DNA of 64,000 nt, from assembly GCA_947460245.1 (NCBI GenBank), contig CANHGL010000005.1:25121-89120 (forward strand), written 5' to 3'. This DNA comes from Sphingobacteriales bacterium (GTDB taxonomy: Bacteria; Bacteroidota; Bacteroidia; Chitinophagales; JADIYW01). Positions 27,970 to 38,985 of the stretch are shown in pieces; position 1 is the stretch's first letter; each line of letters begins with the position of its first letter. The position numbers and the translations under genes were made by a program. The notes below the pieces were generated by a model. It did not search any database. It had not been told where the DNA came from and was given only the letters and a program-made list of their open reading frames with translations.

Positions 27970-28995
27970 ATGTTAACAAATAACCTATTATTAAGGGCAG
28001 CCAAAGGCGAATATGTAGAACGAATTCCGGTTTGGATGATGCGTCAGGCGGGAAGGATTCTACCAGAATATAGGGCTGTAAGAAGTAGTGTAAATGGGTT
28101 TAAGGAACTTGTAAAGCATCCTGAGTTAATTTGTGAGGTAACTCTTCAACCGGTAGATATATTAGGAGTTGATGCTGCTATTATATTTTCAGACATTTTA
28201 GTGATTCCAGAGGCTATGGGTCTGAATTATGAAATGGTGGAAAGTAAAGGTCCGCTATTTCCTAAAACTATTCAGCAAAGTAGTGATGTAACTCAACTAA
28301 CTACAGACGTAGTTCCTAATCTACAATATGTATTTGATGCTTTAAAACTTACTAAGGATGCATTGAATGGTAGAGTACCACTGATAGGTTTTGCAGGAGC
28401 TCCATGGACTATTTTTGCCTACATGATAGAAGGCAAGGGAAGCAAAACCTTCTCTCAGGCGAAGAAGATGCTTTATACAGACCCTCAGTTATCACATTTA
28501 TTATTGGACAAAATAACGACATCTACAATTGCATATCTGAAAGAGCAAGTTAGTTGTGGGGTAGATATTGTTCAGATTTTTGACAGCTGGGCTGGTGTAT
28601 TGAGTAAGGCACAGTATGTAGAATTTGCATTACCCTATATGCAAAGAATTACGGAAGCCATAAGTGAAGTCCCGGTGATTTTATTCGCAAAGGATGCGCA
28701 TTATATTTTAAAAGAATTCGGACAAACTAACTGTGCTGTTATTGGATTAGACTGGACGATTGAACCACAGAAGGCTAGAGAAGAAGTATCCAGAAAAACT
28801 TTACAAGGCAATTTAGACCCTTGTGTTTTATATGCCGATAAACAAACTATAAAAACTGAAACGGAGCGTATGCTTCAGGCTTTTGGCAGTCAGAACTATA
28901 TATGTAATCTCGGACATGGGGTATATCCAGATGTAGACTTTGAAAAAGCTAAATACTTTATTGAAGTGGTACAGAACTATTCAATAAGCAAATAA
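27970..28995 (+). CDS. hemE: Uroporphyrinogen decarboxylase
   Basis: Signature IPVWMMRQAGR and PEY. ATG at 27970 (MLTNNLLLRAAKGE) matches the canonical HemE N-terminal spacing, whereas the TTG at 27961 overlaps the promoter box. Confidence 0.9.
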   Translation: MLTNNLLLRAAKGEYVERIPVWMMRQAGRILPEYRAVRSSVNGFKELVKHPELICEVTLQPVDILGVDAAIIFSDILVIPEAMGLNYEMVESKGPLFPKTIQQSSDVTQLTTDVVPNLQYVFDALKLTKDALNGRVPLIGFAGAPWTIFAYMIEGKGSKTFSQAKKMLYTDPQLSHLLLDKITTSTIAYLKEQVSCGVDIVQIFDSWAGVLSKAQYVEFALPYMQRITEAISEVPVILFAKDAHYILKEFGQTNCAVIGLDWTIEPQKAREEVSRKTLQGNLDPCVLYADKQTIKTETERMLQAFGSQNYICNLGHGVYPDVDFEKAKYFIEVVQNYSISK

Positions 28996-29006
28996 CAAGC
29001 TATTTA

Positions 29007-29906
29007 TTAAAACCGACAATATACGCCCAATGGAAGTTTTTGTTGAGTGGAAGATGGAATATAAAGCTCTCCATACTCTGGCTGAATAGCCGATAATCCT
29101 GTTTTTATAAGATTATCTTTAATAAGATTCTCGATAATTAGAGCAGAAAATCCGAGAGAATAGGTGTTAAGAATAAAGAAATGATTCTCCTTATCTAATA
29201 GTTGAAAGACATCGTTTATCATTTCATTAATTTGATCTTCCAGCTTCCAACTCTCCCCATTTGGGCCATGACCATAGGCAGGTGGATCCAAAATAATACC
29301 CTGATATATTTTACCGCGCTTTACCTCGCGTTTAACAAACTTTACGGCATCTTCCACAACCCATCTGATATCTTTAAGATCAGATGAAACCATATTTCTA
29401 TTGGCCCAGTTCACCACTTGTTTTATAGAATCTACGTGATAGGTTTCAGCACCGGCAGCACATGCAGCCAGACTTGCACCACCGGTATATGCAAATAAAT
29501 TAAGTACTTTAGGTTGTTCTATTTTTGATTTGATAGTGGTTATCTTGTCTGTAATAAAATCCCAGTTAACGCTTTGTTCTGGAAAAATTCCAACATGCTT
29601 AAACTTCGTTAAGGCAAGATTGAAGGTAAGTTGCTTATCTAAAGCATTTGTAAACGCATATTGAATTTCCCAATTCTCTGGCATATTTTTTAAGGAATCC
29701 CAACGACCACTAGATGAGGAAACACTGGTAAACTTTACATGAGCCTGTTGAAGCCATTCTGATTCAGAAAGATTACGGCACCAAACTGCTTGCGGCTCAG
29801 GTCGGATGGTGATATACGCTCCAAAACGTTCCAGTTTCTGAAAATCTCCGGAATCTATTAATTCATAGTCCTTCCAGTTTTTAGGAGATATAGTCTGTAA
29901 AGTCAT
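29007..29906 (-). CDS. Class I SAM-dependent RNA methyltransferase (RlmI/RlmK-like)
   Basis: Motif I LNLFAYTGGASLA and motif IV IILDPPAYG. Confidence 0.7.
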   Translation of the reverse strand: MTLQTISPKNWKDYELIDSGDFQKLERFGAYITIRPEPQAVWCRNLSESEWLQQAHVKFTSVSSSSGRWDSLKNMPENWEIQYAFTNALDKQLTFNLALTKFKHVGIFPEQSVNWDFITDKITTIKSKIEQPKVLNLFAYTGGASLAACAAGAETYHVDSIKQVVNWANRNMVSSDLKDIRWVVEDAVKFVKREVKRGKIYQGIILDPPAYGHGPNGESWKLEDQINEMINDVFQLLDKENHFFILNTYSLGFSALIIENLIKDNLIKTGLSAIQPEYGELYIPSSTQQKLPLGVYCRF

Positions 29907-29962
29907 GCACAATAATAGTAAAATTTTATTGCAGGAAACAATACTATAGCGTATCGTTTTTG

Positions 29963-30502
29963 TTATTTATTATTCTTGTAGATGAATGTACCAATTAGGG
30001 ATGCAATAGCCCCCATAAACAGCATGCCAAGTAAAGAGAATAATACCATGATACCTGGCGACATGAATTTTTTTGACAGTGTAATTGCATTATCTATCTG
30101 TTCCTGACTTAGGCCTTTATCCGACATTTGATTTCTGGATACATCCAATGTCTTATCTATGAAATCTGGTTCTATAATACTGATATGCAATAAGAAATAA
30201 AGGATTGTGATGGCTGAAAGAATAAGCGTTATGATCATGCCCTGACCAAATAAATAGCCAAAGGAAGTATGTTTGCCTTCATTTGCTATTGCACACATTT
30301 TTAATCCTACAATAATGGCCGCTACCATAATACCGGTTGAAATCCACTTTGTCCAACTCTCTAATTGCATCCCTAAAAGATAAAGTATCAAAGAAACTAA
30401 AATGCTGGTTAGTCCACCAATTATTCCAAACCTGATGGCAATATTAGTTATTGCTGTCTCTTTGTTTTCCGTTTGAGCGTTTTTAGATAAATCTACTGTC
30501 AT
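29963..30502 (-). CDS. DUF4199-family membrane protein
   Basis: 179 aa with four hydrophobic helices, and a block order typical of this Bacteroidota family. Confidence 0.5.
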   Translation of the reverse strand: MTVDLSKNAQTENKETAITNIAIRFGIIGGLTSILVSLILYLLGMQLESWTKWISTGIMVAAIIVGLKMCAIANEGKHTSFGYLFGQGMIITLILSAITILYFLLHISIIEPDFIDKTLDVSRNQMSDKGLSQEQIDNAITLSKKFMSPGIMVLFSLLGMLFMGAIASLIGTFIYKNNK

Positions 30503-30546
30503 CGTTTTAGTTTAGTCTAAAATAAATAATAATTATTGAATTATAG

Positions 30547-31770
30547 TTAAGCTAATGATTTTTCAGCAATACTACTTCCGGCAATATATCCTGTGGTCCA
30601 GGCTGCCTGAAAATTAAATCCTCCTGTAACCGCATCAATATCTAACACTTCCCCCGAAAAAAATAAACCAGGAACAATCTTACTTTCCATTGTTTTAAAA
30701 TCAACCTCTTTGAGTGCTATTCCACCAGCAGTAACAAACTCCTCTTTATGGGTGCTTTTTCCACTTACATTTAGTAAACAAGTAGTAAGGGTTACTGCTA
30801 TTTTTTGTAATTCTTCTTTAGTTGTATCTGCATATTTTTTTGACGGGTTGATAGATAATATATTTAATAGGCTATTCCAGAATCTGGATGGAATATCAAA
30901 GGGGGAGAAGTTTCCAATATTCTTTTTAGCATGTTGAATTTTAGCTTCAGCTAAAATATTAGTGGCATCCTCTTTCTCCCTATTTATCCAATTTACATAC
31001 ACCGGAAACTGATAATTATAAGCTGCAAGTTCTATGGCTGCAAATGCAGATAATTTTAATATACCTGGACCACTCAATCCCCAGTGCGTGATCAAGACAG
31101 GTCCCCTTGCTTCATATTTGGTGTTTGAAATCTTAACAGTACAATCAGGCAATGAAATACCTTCTAATCCCTTAATTAATTCATCTTTTATTGTGAAGGT
31201 GAATAAGGATGGAACAGGAGTTAGGATGCTATGACCAGCTTTTTCTAACAGCTTCCATAGTGTTGGATTACTGCCCGATGCTACCAGAATATAATCTACC
31301 TCTAAACATGCTTCATTAAAGAAAATACGCAAGGAAGGCTTTGTTTCAAATCGTATTACTTTTGCTTGTTTTAGTATAGTAATGCCTAACTGTTTTGCAG
31401 ATTGCATCAGGCAATCAATGATAGTAGCAGAATCGTCTGAAACTGGAAATATTCTTCCATCATTTTCAGTTTTTAGAGCCACTCCTTTTTGCGTAAACCA
31501 ATCAACGGTTGAAGCACAGTCAAACCGATAAAAAGAACCTAATAACTCTTTACTGCCACGAGGATAAAATTTAATCAATTCTTTTGGGTCAAAACAAGCA
31601 TGTGTAACGTTACATCTTCCACCTCCAGAGATTCTTACTTTACCTAATACATCAATGCCTTGCTCTAAAATAGTGACTTTGAGATGAGGGTTATTTTCAG
31701 CAGCGGTAATGGCTGCAAAAAAGCCTGCAGCACCGCCTCCAATAACTACCAATTTATGTGTTTTTTGCAT
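30547..31770 (-). CDS. NAD(P)/FAD-dependent oxidoreductase, HI0933/YhiN (BaiN-like) family
   Basis: Dinucleotide fold KLVVIGGGAAGFFAA, the block GGGRCNVTH, and C-terminal VTGGFNFQAAWTTG. ATG at 31770 (MQKTHKLVVIGGG) is preferred. Confidence 0.8.
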   Translation of the reverse strand: MQKTHKLVVIGGGAAGFFAAITAAENNPHLKVTILEQGIDVLGKVRISGGGRCNVTHACFDPKELIKFYPRGSKELLGSFYRFDCASTVDWFTQKGVALKTENDGRIFPVSDDSATIIDCLMQSAKQLGITILKQAKVIRFETKPSLRIFFNEACLEVDYILVASGSNPTLWKLLEKAGHSILTPVPSLFTFTIKDELIKGLEGISLPDCTVKISNTKYEARGPVLITHWGLSGPGILKLSAFAAIELAAYNYQFPVYVNWINREKEDATNILAEAKIQHAKKNIGNFSPFDIPSRFWNSLLNILSINPSKKYADTTKEELQKIAVTLTTCLLNVSGKSTHKEEFVTAGGIALKEVDFKTMESKIVPGLFFSGEVLDIDAVTGGFNFQAAWTTGYIAGSSIAEKSLA

Positions 31771-31850
31771 TCGTCTACAAAGATGCATTTTATATGCATA
31801 ATTGTGGATATCTACCTTTGATTTTACTTCATTTTACCCACTAAAAAATC

Positions 31851-31858
31851 TACTTTTG
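31851..31858 (+). promoter_or_regulatory. Candidate -7 promoter box (TACTTTTG) for gyrA
   Basis: Exact TAnnTTTG match 23 nt upstream of the gyrA ATG. A second match, TACCTTTG, lies at 31813-31820. Confidence 0.4.
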
Positions 31859-31880
31859 TTTACCTAAATTTTACTAAAAA

Positions 31881-34451
31881 ATGTCAGAAGAATCAGAAGG
31901 ACTAAGTAAGTCAAGAGTTATATCCATAAACATTGAGGATGAGATGAAATCGGCCTATATCGACTACTCGATGTCGGTCATTGTCTCTCGTGCCTTACCT
32001 GATGTAAGGGATGGTCTTAAGCCGGTTCACAGGCGTGTTTTATTTGGTATGTCGGAGTTGGGTATGACTTCCAATAAGCCGTATAAAAAATCTGCTCGTA
32101 TAGTTGGGGAAGTACTCGGTAAATATCACCCGCACGGGGATAAATCTGTATACGATACCATGGTGCGTATGGCACAGGAGTGGTCCTTGCGTTATACCTT
32201 GATTGACGGTCAGGGTAACTTTGGATCTATTGATGGTGATCCACCGGCAGCTATGCGATATACTGAAGCCAGATTAAAGAAGATTGCGGAAGAAATGTTA
32301 GAGGATCTGGATAAAGATACAGTAGATTTTCAGTTAAACTTTGACGATTCTTTGGAAGAGCCAACTGTTATGCCCACGCGCATTCCTCAATTAATGGTAA
32401 ATGGTGCTTCAGGGATTGCAGTAGGTATGGCTACCAATATTCTACCGCATAATTTGTCGGAAGTTATTGATGGTATTCACGCTTATATAGAAAATAAGGA
32501 TATTACTACAGACGAGCTGATGCAGTATGTAAAAGCGCCGGATTTCCCAACTGGAGGTATTATTTATGGTTATGAGGGGGTAAGGGATGCTTTCCTTACT
32601 GGTCGTGGTAAAATCCGAGTTCGTGGAAAGGCCAGAATTGAAGAAAATAAAGAAGGAAGAACACAGATTATCATATCAGAAGTGCCTTATCAGATTGAGC
32701 CTAAAATGATAACCACCAGGGCTGCTGAATTGGTAAATGAAAAGAAGATTGAAGGCATATCTGAAATTCGTGATGAATCAGACAGAGATGGCTTACGTAT
32801 CGTATTTGACTTGAAACGTGATGCTATTCCAAATGTGGTATTAAACAATCTATATCAATATACGCCGTTACAAACCAGCTTTGGGGTAAATAATATTGCT
32901 TTAGTGCATGGTCGTCCTCAAATGTTGACGCTTAAGGATATGATTCATCATTTTGTGGAGTTCAGACATGAAGTAGTAACCCGCAGAACGAAATTTGAAT
33001 TAAGAAAGGCGGAAGAGCGTATCCATATATTGGAAGGATATCTGATTGCATTAGATCATTTAGATGAAGTCATTAAATTAATCAGAAGTTCTAAGAATCC
33101 TGAGGCTGCGAAAGATGGTTTAATCAGCAATTTCGAAATGTCCGAGCTGCAAGCCAAAGCAGTACTGGCATTAACCTTACAACGTTTAACAGGACTTGAA
33201 ATCGATAAGATACGTGCAGAACATGCTGAAATATCTTCTTTAATCAGTCGATTAAAAGAAATTTTGGCAAACGAACATCTGCGTTTTGATATCATTAAAG
33301 AAGAGCTTTCTGAAGTAAAGAGGAAATACGGTGATGCAAGAAGATCAGAGATAGTTATTTACGGCGATAATATATCTTATGAAGATATGATAGCTGAAGA
33401 GGAAATGGTCGTAACGATTTCACACCTTGGCTATGTAAAAAGAACTTCACTGGATGAATATAAAAAACAGAACCGAGGAGGAAAGGGATCGCTTGGTGGA
33501 AAAACAAGGGATGTAGATTTCATTGAACATTTATTTGTTGCCTCTACGCATAATTATTTATTGCTCTTTACAGAACAGGGTAAATGCTTCTGGCTGAAAG
33601 TTTATGAAATTCCGGAAGGCAGTAAAACATCTAAAGGAAGACCAATACAAAACGTTATCAATATTCCTCAAGACGATAAAATTAAGGCTTTCATTAATGT
33701 GAAAGACTTGAAGGATCAAGAATTCCTGGACACCCATCACATTGTAATGGCTACAAAACTTGGAACGGTGAAAAAAACATCGATGAGAGAATATTCCAGA
33801 CCAAGATCTAATGGGGTTAATGCTATTACCGTTAGGGATGGAGATGAACTGGTAACAGCTAGCATGACCAATGGTAATTGTGAAGTAATCCTGGGTTCTA
33901 AAAAAGGATATGCCGTTCGCTTTAACGAGAAAGAGGTGAGACCAATTGGAAGAACTGGATCCGGTGTGCGTGGTATTACCTTGAGAGGGGCAGGTGATGA
34001 ACTGATTGGCATGGTTTGTGCAGATGTAAATGCGGAAATCAAAGAAGACATCATGGTGGTCTCAGAAAATGGATATGGTAAACGTTCTGCATTGGATGAC
34101 TATCGTATTACCTCTCGTGGTGGAAAAGGCGTTATTTCGCTAAATGTGACCGATAAAACAGGGGATATGATAGCCATTAAGTCTGTAACGGACGAGAATG
34201 ACCTCATGATTATCAATAAATCTGGATTAACCATCAGAATTGGTTTAAATACACTGCGTACTATGGGTAGAAATACTCAGGGGGTAAGTTTGATTAAACT
34301 AAAAGAAGATGATGCAATAGCAGCCGTTTCCAAGATTAATCACGAAGAAGAGGAAGAAGAAATTGTTTTAGGAACAGAATCTGAAAGCGCTGAGAATAAT
34401 GGTGAAACAGAGACTCCAGAACAAGCTAATGAAAATCAAACAGAAGAATAA
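31881..34451 (+). CDS. gyrA: DNA gyrase subunit A
   Basis: 856 aa. [27 protein letters not shown], active-site block [10 protein letters not shown], GyrA-box-like NRGGKGS, and an acidic C-terminal tail. Confidence 0.95.
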   Translation: MSEESEGLSKSRVISINIEDEMKSAYIDYSMSVIVSRALPDVRDGLKPVHRRVLFGMSELGMTSNKPYKKSARIVGEVLGKYHPHGDKSVYDTMVRMAQEWSLRYTLIDGQGNFGSIDGDPPAAMRYTEARLKKIAEEMLEDLDKDTVDFQLNFDDSLEEPTVMPTRIPQLMVNGASGIAVGMATNILPHNLSEVIDGIHAYIENKDITTDELMQYVKAPDFPTGGIIYGYEGVRDAFLTGRGKIRVRGKARIEENKEGRTQIIISEVPYQIEPKMITTRAAELVNEKKIEGISEIRDESDRDGLRIVFDLKRDAIPNVVLNNLYQYTPLQTSFGVNNIALVHGRPQMLTLKDMIHHFVEFRHEVVTRRTKFELRKAEERIHILEGYLIALDHLDEVIKLIRSSKNPEAAKDGLISNFEMSELQAKAVLALTLQRLTGLEIDKIRAEHAEISSLISRLKEILANEHLRFDIIKEELSEVKRKYGDARRSEIVIYGDNISYEDMIAEEEMVVTISHLGYVKRTSLDEYKKQNRGGKGSLGGKTRDVDFIEHLFVASTHNYLLLFTEQGKCFWLKVYEIPEGSKTSKGRPIQNVINIPQDDKIKAFINVKDLKDQEFLDTHHIVMATKLGTVKKTSMREYSRPRSNGVNAITVRDGDELVTASMTNGNCEVILGSKKGYAVRFNEKEVRPIGRTGSGVRGITLRGAGDELIGMVCADVNAEIKEDIMVVSENGYGKRSALDDYRITSRGGKGVISLNVTDKTGDMIAIKSVTDENDLMIINKSGLTIRIGLNTLRTMGRNTQGVSLIKLKEDDAIAAVSKINHEEEEEEIVLGTESESAENNGETETPEQANENQTEE

Positions 34452-34468
34452 TACTTAAAATCATTTTT

Positions 34469-35632
34469 ATGCATAAACAAATTCTATCCATTTTACTACT
34501 TACCGTAAGTTGTATCTTTTTAACGAATTCGGTACACGCACAAAAATCAAAGATTGGTTCTGCACAAATCTTATTAGATGAAGGAAAAGCACTTGAGGCA
34601 AAGACAGAAATAGATGCGGCACTACAGGATGAAGAAATACAGAAAATGCCTAAGGCCTGGAATACCAAAGGTGAAGTGTACAGAAACATCTATGAAACCA
34701 AAATATATTACCTGCAAAATCCTAATTGCTTGTTTATAGCAAAGGATGCTTATACCAAAGCTATAGAATTGGAATTGAATCCAAAGAAACAAAAAGATTT
34801 TATTGCCTCACTAACTGCTATTTCAGGCTATTTATTTAATGAAGGACTAGAGAGATTTAACATTAAAAAGAATGAGGATGCTTACAAACATTTTGATGCG
34901 AGCAGAGTAATTAATAATTACTTATTTGATAAGAAATTCATACCTGCATTAGATACTAATGCTATCTATGCAACGGCTATTGCAGGAGCAAATATCAATA
35001 AATATGATGAAGCACTACCATTGTTAGAAAAACTAGTAGATATGAACTACAACAATGTAGCAGCATATGAAGTATTAGCACAGATTTATGACAATAAGAA
35101 AGAGAAAGAAAAATTAGTTAAGTTTATTTCATTAGCATTATCCAGATTTCCCAAGAACAACAACTTAATGATGTACGACCTCAACTCAACTTTAGAAGGT
35201 GGAAATGATCAAAGCAAATTAGAGAAATTATTAGCTGCATTAGAAAATGATCCTAAAAATACTTCTATACTATTTAATATTGGTGCTGTGTATGATAAGA
35301 TGAAAAATACAGAATCTGCTAAAGAATACTATTTAAAGGCTATTTCAATGAAGGCAGATTATGGAGATGCATACTATAATCTTGGAGTTATGTACTTTAA
35401 TGCGGGGGTAGAGGTAAATAAGAAAATGAATGCCATTGAAGAAAAGGATGACAGAGATGGTAAAAAATATACAGCTATGAAAGCTGAGCGTGATGAGCTT
35501 TTTAAATTAGCATTGCCAAACCTTGAAAAAGCTTTTGAGATAGATCCAAAAAATCAGGATTACAGACAGAATCTTAAGAAAGTTTATGCCAGTATGAATA
35601 TGCTTGAAAAAGCAAAGGCACTAAGTGAATAA
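34469..35632 (+). CDS. Secreted tetratricopeptide-repeat protein
   Basis: Signal peptide plus several TPR-like units (e.g. ILFNIGAVYDKMKNTESAKEYYLKAISMKADYGDAYYNLGVMY). Confidence 0.65.
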   Translation: MHKQILSILLLTVSCIFLTNSVHAQKSKIGSAQILLDEGKALEAKTEIDAALQDEEIQKMPKAWNTKGEVYRNIYETKIYYLQNPNCLFIAKDAYTKAIELELNPKKQKDFIASLTAISGYLFNEGLERFNIKKNEDAYKHFDASRVINNYLFDKKFIPALDTNAIYATAIAGANINKYDEALPLLEKLVDMNYNNVAAYEVLAQIYDNKKEKEKLVKFISLALSRFPKNNNLMMYDLNSTLEGGNDQSKLEKLLAALENDPKNTSILFNIGAVYDKMKNTESAKEYYLKAISMKADYGDAYYNLGVMYFNAGVEVNKKMNAIEEKDDRDGKKYTAMKAERDELFKLALPNLEKAFEIDPKNQDYRQNLKKVYASMNMLEKAKALSE

Positions 35633-35654
35633 TATATTCAAAAGATAAAAATAT

Positions 35655-35680
35655 AAAAGCCGCCTAGTGCGGCTTTTTTT
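35655..35680. terminator. Intrinsic terminator between convergent genes
   Basis: AAAAGCCGC-CTAGT-GCGGCTTTTTTT: a GC stem flanked by an A run and a T run. It lies between the TPR gene stop (35632) and the receptor gene stop (35682). Confidence 0.7.
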
Positions 35681-35681
35681 A

Positions 35682-38222
35682 TTACCAGTTAATCTGAAGT
35701 TTAAAATTAAATCTTCTGGATGTGAGGTAATTAGGAATTGCCCATTGGTTATTATTGGTATCCTTTATCCATCTATAAGAGAGTGTATTTCTGATACCCA
35801 GAATATTAAAGACTTCAAAGCTCGCCCAAATATTTTCAAACTTAGCGCCAAAGCTGTTTGGTTTCTTTACTGCACGTTTTGCACCATTGAGCAATAACGC
35901 GGAGAAACCAATATCCAGCCTTCTGTATGGAGGCACCTTCAATACATCCTTATAACGATTTCTATCAGGTGGACCATAAGGCAAACCCGTACCTACCACT
36001 AAATTCAAATGCACTTTAAAACGCTTGTATTTCTCCAGATAATCCTGAAAAAATAAACTTACAAAAATTGTTTGATCAGTTGGTCTGCGGATATATCCTG
36101 GACGTATAATGGATGAATCCACAGCTACCTGATCGGCTACCAATGAGGTAATGATAGCACCGTCTTTATTTCTGTATTGGGTATAAAAATCGTCGAGTAT
36201 ATCTTCTTTCGTATTCATATACGATAAAGAAATCCAGGAGTCTGTTCCTTTTACCAGTTCCCCGAATAAACGTAAATCGATCCCCGTCGCATATCCTCTT
36301 GCATTATTATTGGCAAAATAGCGTATACGGGTATCTTCAATTTCGTAGGAATTAAGGTTTCGTATATATTTATAATAGGCCTCCGCCGTGAATTTGAACT
36401 GGCGTTTTTTAATTTTAAAATTATACTCTGAACCTAATAAAATATGATAAGACTGCTGCGCCTTTACATTTCTGTTAATGCTGCCATCAAACCCTCTTAA
36501 TTCCCTGTAAAAAGGAGGCTGCGCATATACTCCTCCAGCTATCCTAAAGGATACATCACTTTTAAGTTTAGGATGATATAGTAATTGTACTCTTGGACTA
36601 ACTATAAATTCATTATTTACATTCCAATAGTTGTATCGTATTCCTGCAGTCAAAATAAGACTGCTTGAATCTTTATTGATTAAATTCCAGGTATCCTGAA
36701 AATAGCCATGCACCCTAAAAGAGGTCAAATCATTTTTAGATTTTAGGCGATAAGGAAAATTAATGGCTGTTCCGGAATATGGGATAGAATATCCTGCAGA
36801 GTCTATTCGTTGCCACTCACTGAGTTGATCGTTAATTTTTTCGTATTGGAAAGTTGATCCCCATTCTAATACATGCTTCTCTTTGGTAATATCTTTTTTA
36901 TCTAATATAGTATACTTTCCGAGGTGTGAAAAATTAGCTACTGTAGCATCCAGTTTATTGCGTGCCCAGTTTTGAAAAGTACCAATGCCTAAATTGGCTT
37001 TTACATTTCCAAAGTTATCATTGGAAGGATCAATTTCAATCTCATCTAAAGTATAATATCCGGTAATATTAAATGTTTCTGTTTCCTGCATCTTCCAAAA
37101 GGCAGACATAAACTTTAAACTCAACTTAGAATTGGGGAGGTAGCGATAAGAGATACCGGCCATAGTATTTTGAAACCTGTCCTTTTCATTTCCTTCAAAA
37201 TCTACTAAAAATCGAATCAACTTATCGAATGTGCCTGCTCTGGTTTCTTCAGTTACGGGAACAAAACGATAATCGTTAAAGGCATTATTAAAGATAATTT
37301 CAATATCGTGATGTAAATTGGGCTTATAATGTAAGTCTAATTGTGCATCAAAAAAGTTAGGATTGTATTCTCCCTTTTTATCCAGACTTCCTAATAGATA
37401 TCCATTGGATTTGTATCGTAAACCTGCTAGATAAGTAAACTTAGGAAGCGTTGAATCCTTCTTACTGTAAACTGCACCTTCCACATGTGCGTTAACACCC
37501 AGAATACTTGCCATAACAGAGCCGTGGAATTTGGTAGGAGATTTGTATTTAATATTCAATACGGATGACATCTTATCTCCGTATTTTGATTCAAACCCAC
37601 CTCCGGAAAAAGAGAGTTTATCCGTTAAATCTAAATTGGTAAAACTTAAGCCTTCCTGTTGTCCACTGGAAATTAAAAAAGGTCTGTAAATTTCAAAGTC
37701 ATTTACATAAACCAGATTTTCATCATAGTTACCCCCGCGAACATTATATTGTCCGGTGAGCTCATTATTAGATTGAACACCTGCAAATGTTTTTATAATG
37801 GTACCAACATCATTTGTTGGATTGGGAAAATACTCAACAGATTTTGCGTCAATTACCTGTATGCCTTGGCTTGTTCTCCTAGCGCTGATTTCCACGGTAT
37901 CAATAACATTCTCATTACTTGCAAACTGAATATCCTTATACAACACGGTTTTATTGGAAGGATATAAAACAATGGTTTTCTTTCCCATTTCAAGATTGGA
38001 AAATTCAACGACACAGGAATCTTCATATTCAACTTCCAATGCATAAAATCCTTTACTGTTAGATGTTGTGCCATTTGAAGTACCTACTTGAAGTACCGAT
38101 ACATTAGGAAAAGGATTGTTTTTGGAATCAGTTATTTTACCTTTCAGCGTTAAGCTTACTTGTGCATGCAATGATAAAAAGATAAGCAGGAGAGCAGCAG
38201 CTATGGAAAATCTTTTCATCAT
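35682..38222 (-). CDS. TonB-dependent receptor with N-terminal carboxypeptidase-regulatory-like domain
   Basis: 846 aa. Signal peptide, a CarboxypepD_reg-like start (LKGKITDSKNNPFPNVSVL), plug block YNVRGGNYDENLVYVNDFEIY, and a barrel ending in an aromatic residue (QINW). Confidence 0.8.
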   Translation of the reverse strand: MMKRFSIAAALLLIFLSLHAQVSLTLKGKITDSKNNPFPNVSVLQVGTSNGTTSNSKGFYALEVEYEDSCVVEFSNLEMGKKTIVLYPSNKTVLYKDIQFASNENVIDTVEISARRTSQGIQVIDAKSVEYFPNPTNDVGTIIKTFAGVQSNNELTGQYNVRGGNYDENLVYVNDFEIYRPFLISSGQQEGLSFTNLDLTDKLSFSGGGFESKYGDKMSSVLNIKYKSPTKFHGSVMASILGVNAHVEGAVYSKKDSTLPKFTYLAGLRYKSNGYLLGSLDKKGEYNPNFFDAQLDLHYKPNLHHDIEIIFNNAFNDYRFVPVTEETRAGTFDKLIRFLVDFEGNEKDRFQNTMAGISYRYLPNSKLSLKFMSAFWKMQETETFNITGYYTLDEIEIDPSNDNFGNVKANLGIGTFQNWARNKLDATVANFSHLGKYTILDKKDITKEKHVLEWGSTFQYEKINDQLSEWQRIDSAGYSIPYSGTAINFPYRLKSKNDLTSFRVHGYFQDTWNLINKDSSSLILTAGIRYNYWNVNNEFIVSPRVQLLYHPKLKSDVSFRIAGGVYAQPPFYRELRGFDGSINRNVKAQQSYHILLGSEYNFKIKKRQFKFTAEAYYKYIRNLNSYEIEDTRIRYFANNNARGYATGIDLRLFGELVKGTDSWISLSYMNTKEDILDDFYTQYRNKDGAIITSLVADQVAVDSSIIRPGYIRRPTDQTIFVSLFFQDYLEKYKRFKVHLNLVVGTGLPYGPPDRNRYKDVLKVPPYRRLDIGFSALLLNGAKRAVKKPNSFGAKFENIWASFEVFNILGIRNTLSYRWIKDTNNNQWAIPNYLTSRRFNFKLQINW

Positions 38223-38236
38223 ACTATATGAAAATA

Positions 38237-38893
38237 CTAAGCGATATGCTTTAACTGATGAATGGTAGCTAAAGGATCCTCTGCGCTAAATATAGTATTA
38301 CCTGCAACCAAAACATCCGCACCGCACTCTACTAATCTTTTACCATTTTCCAGCGTAACACCACCATCTATTTCAATCAGTGCTTTAGAGTTTTTCTGGA
38401 GGATAAGTTCTTTTAAGCGAGCAACTTTATCATACGTTTTTTCAATAAATTTTTGTCCGCCAAAACCAGGATTCACACTCATTACGCAAACCAAATCAAT
38501 CTCGGCAATAGTGTCCTCTAATAATTGTATAGAAGTATGAGGATTTATAGCTACCCCTGCCTTCATGTTGCTTGCTTGAATCTTTTGTATAGTTCGATGA
38601 AGATGAGAACAAGCCTCAATGTGAACGGATAAAATATCAGCACCCACTTGTTGGAAAGCCTCGATATATTTATCGGGTTCTACAATCATAAGATGAACAT
38701 CAAATGTTTTAGAACTGAGTTTACGCATAGCCTTTATAACCGGCATACCAAATGAAATATTAGGTACAAAAACACCATCCATTACATCAATATGAATAAA
38801 TTCTGCTTCACTGTCGTTGAGCATATTGAAGTCTGCCTGCAAATTGGAAAAATTAGCGGAGAGGACAGACGGTGCAATAGTGGGTTTGCGCAT
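38237..38893 (-). CDS. rpe: Ribulose-phosphate 3-epimerase
   Basis: The blocks IAPSVLSANF, HIDVMDGVFVPN and MSVNPGFGGQKF. Confidence 0.9.
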   Translation of the reverse strand: MRKPTIAPSVLSANFSNLQADFNMLNDSEAEFIHIDVMDGVFVPNISFGMPVIKAMRKLSSKTFDVHLMIVEPDKYIEAFQQVGADILSVHIEACSHLHRTIQKIQASNMKAGVAINPHTSIQLLEDTIAEIDLVCVMSVNPGFGGQKFIEKTYDKVARLKELILQKNSKALIEIDGGVTLENGKRLVECGADVLVAGNTIFSAEDPLATIHQLKHIA

Positions 38894-38914
38894 ATCTAAA
38901 GATAGTAGAAAGTT

Positions 38915-38970
38915 TACAAAAAAGTTATAGGCTAAAATTAATGGAAATTGTCCATAACCTTAGCCTATAA
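38915..38970 (-). terminator. Possible rpoD terminator (long-loop hairpin plus T run)
   Basis: On the minus strand, TTATAGGCTAA ... TTAGCCTATAA arms (38960-38970 / 38925-38935) enclose an inner ATGGA/TCCAT stem and are followed by CTTTTTTG. Confidence 0.4.
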
Positions 38971-38985
38971 TCTATAACTTTTGTT

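Noticed and set aside
35667-35897. A 76-aa plus-strand ORF beginning in the terminator region.
   Set aside because: It overlaps the terminator hairpin and the 3' end of the 846-aa TonB-dependent receptor on the opposite strand, and it has no motifs.
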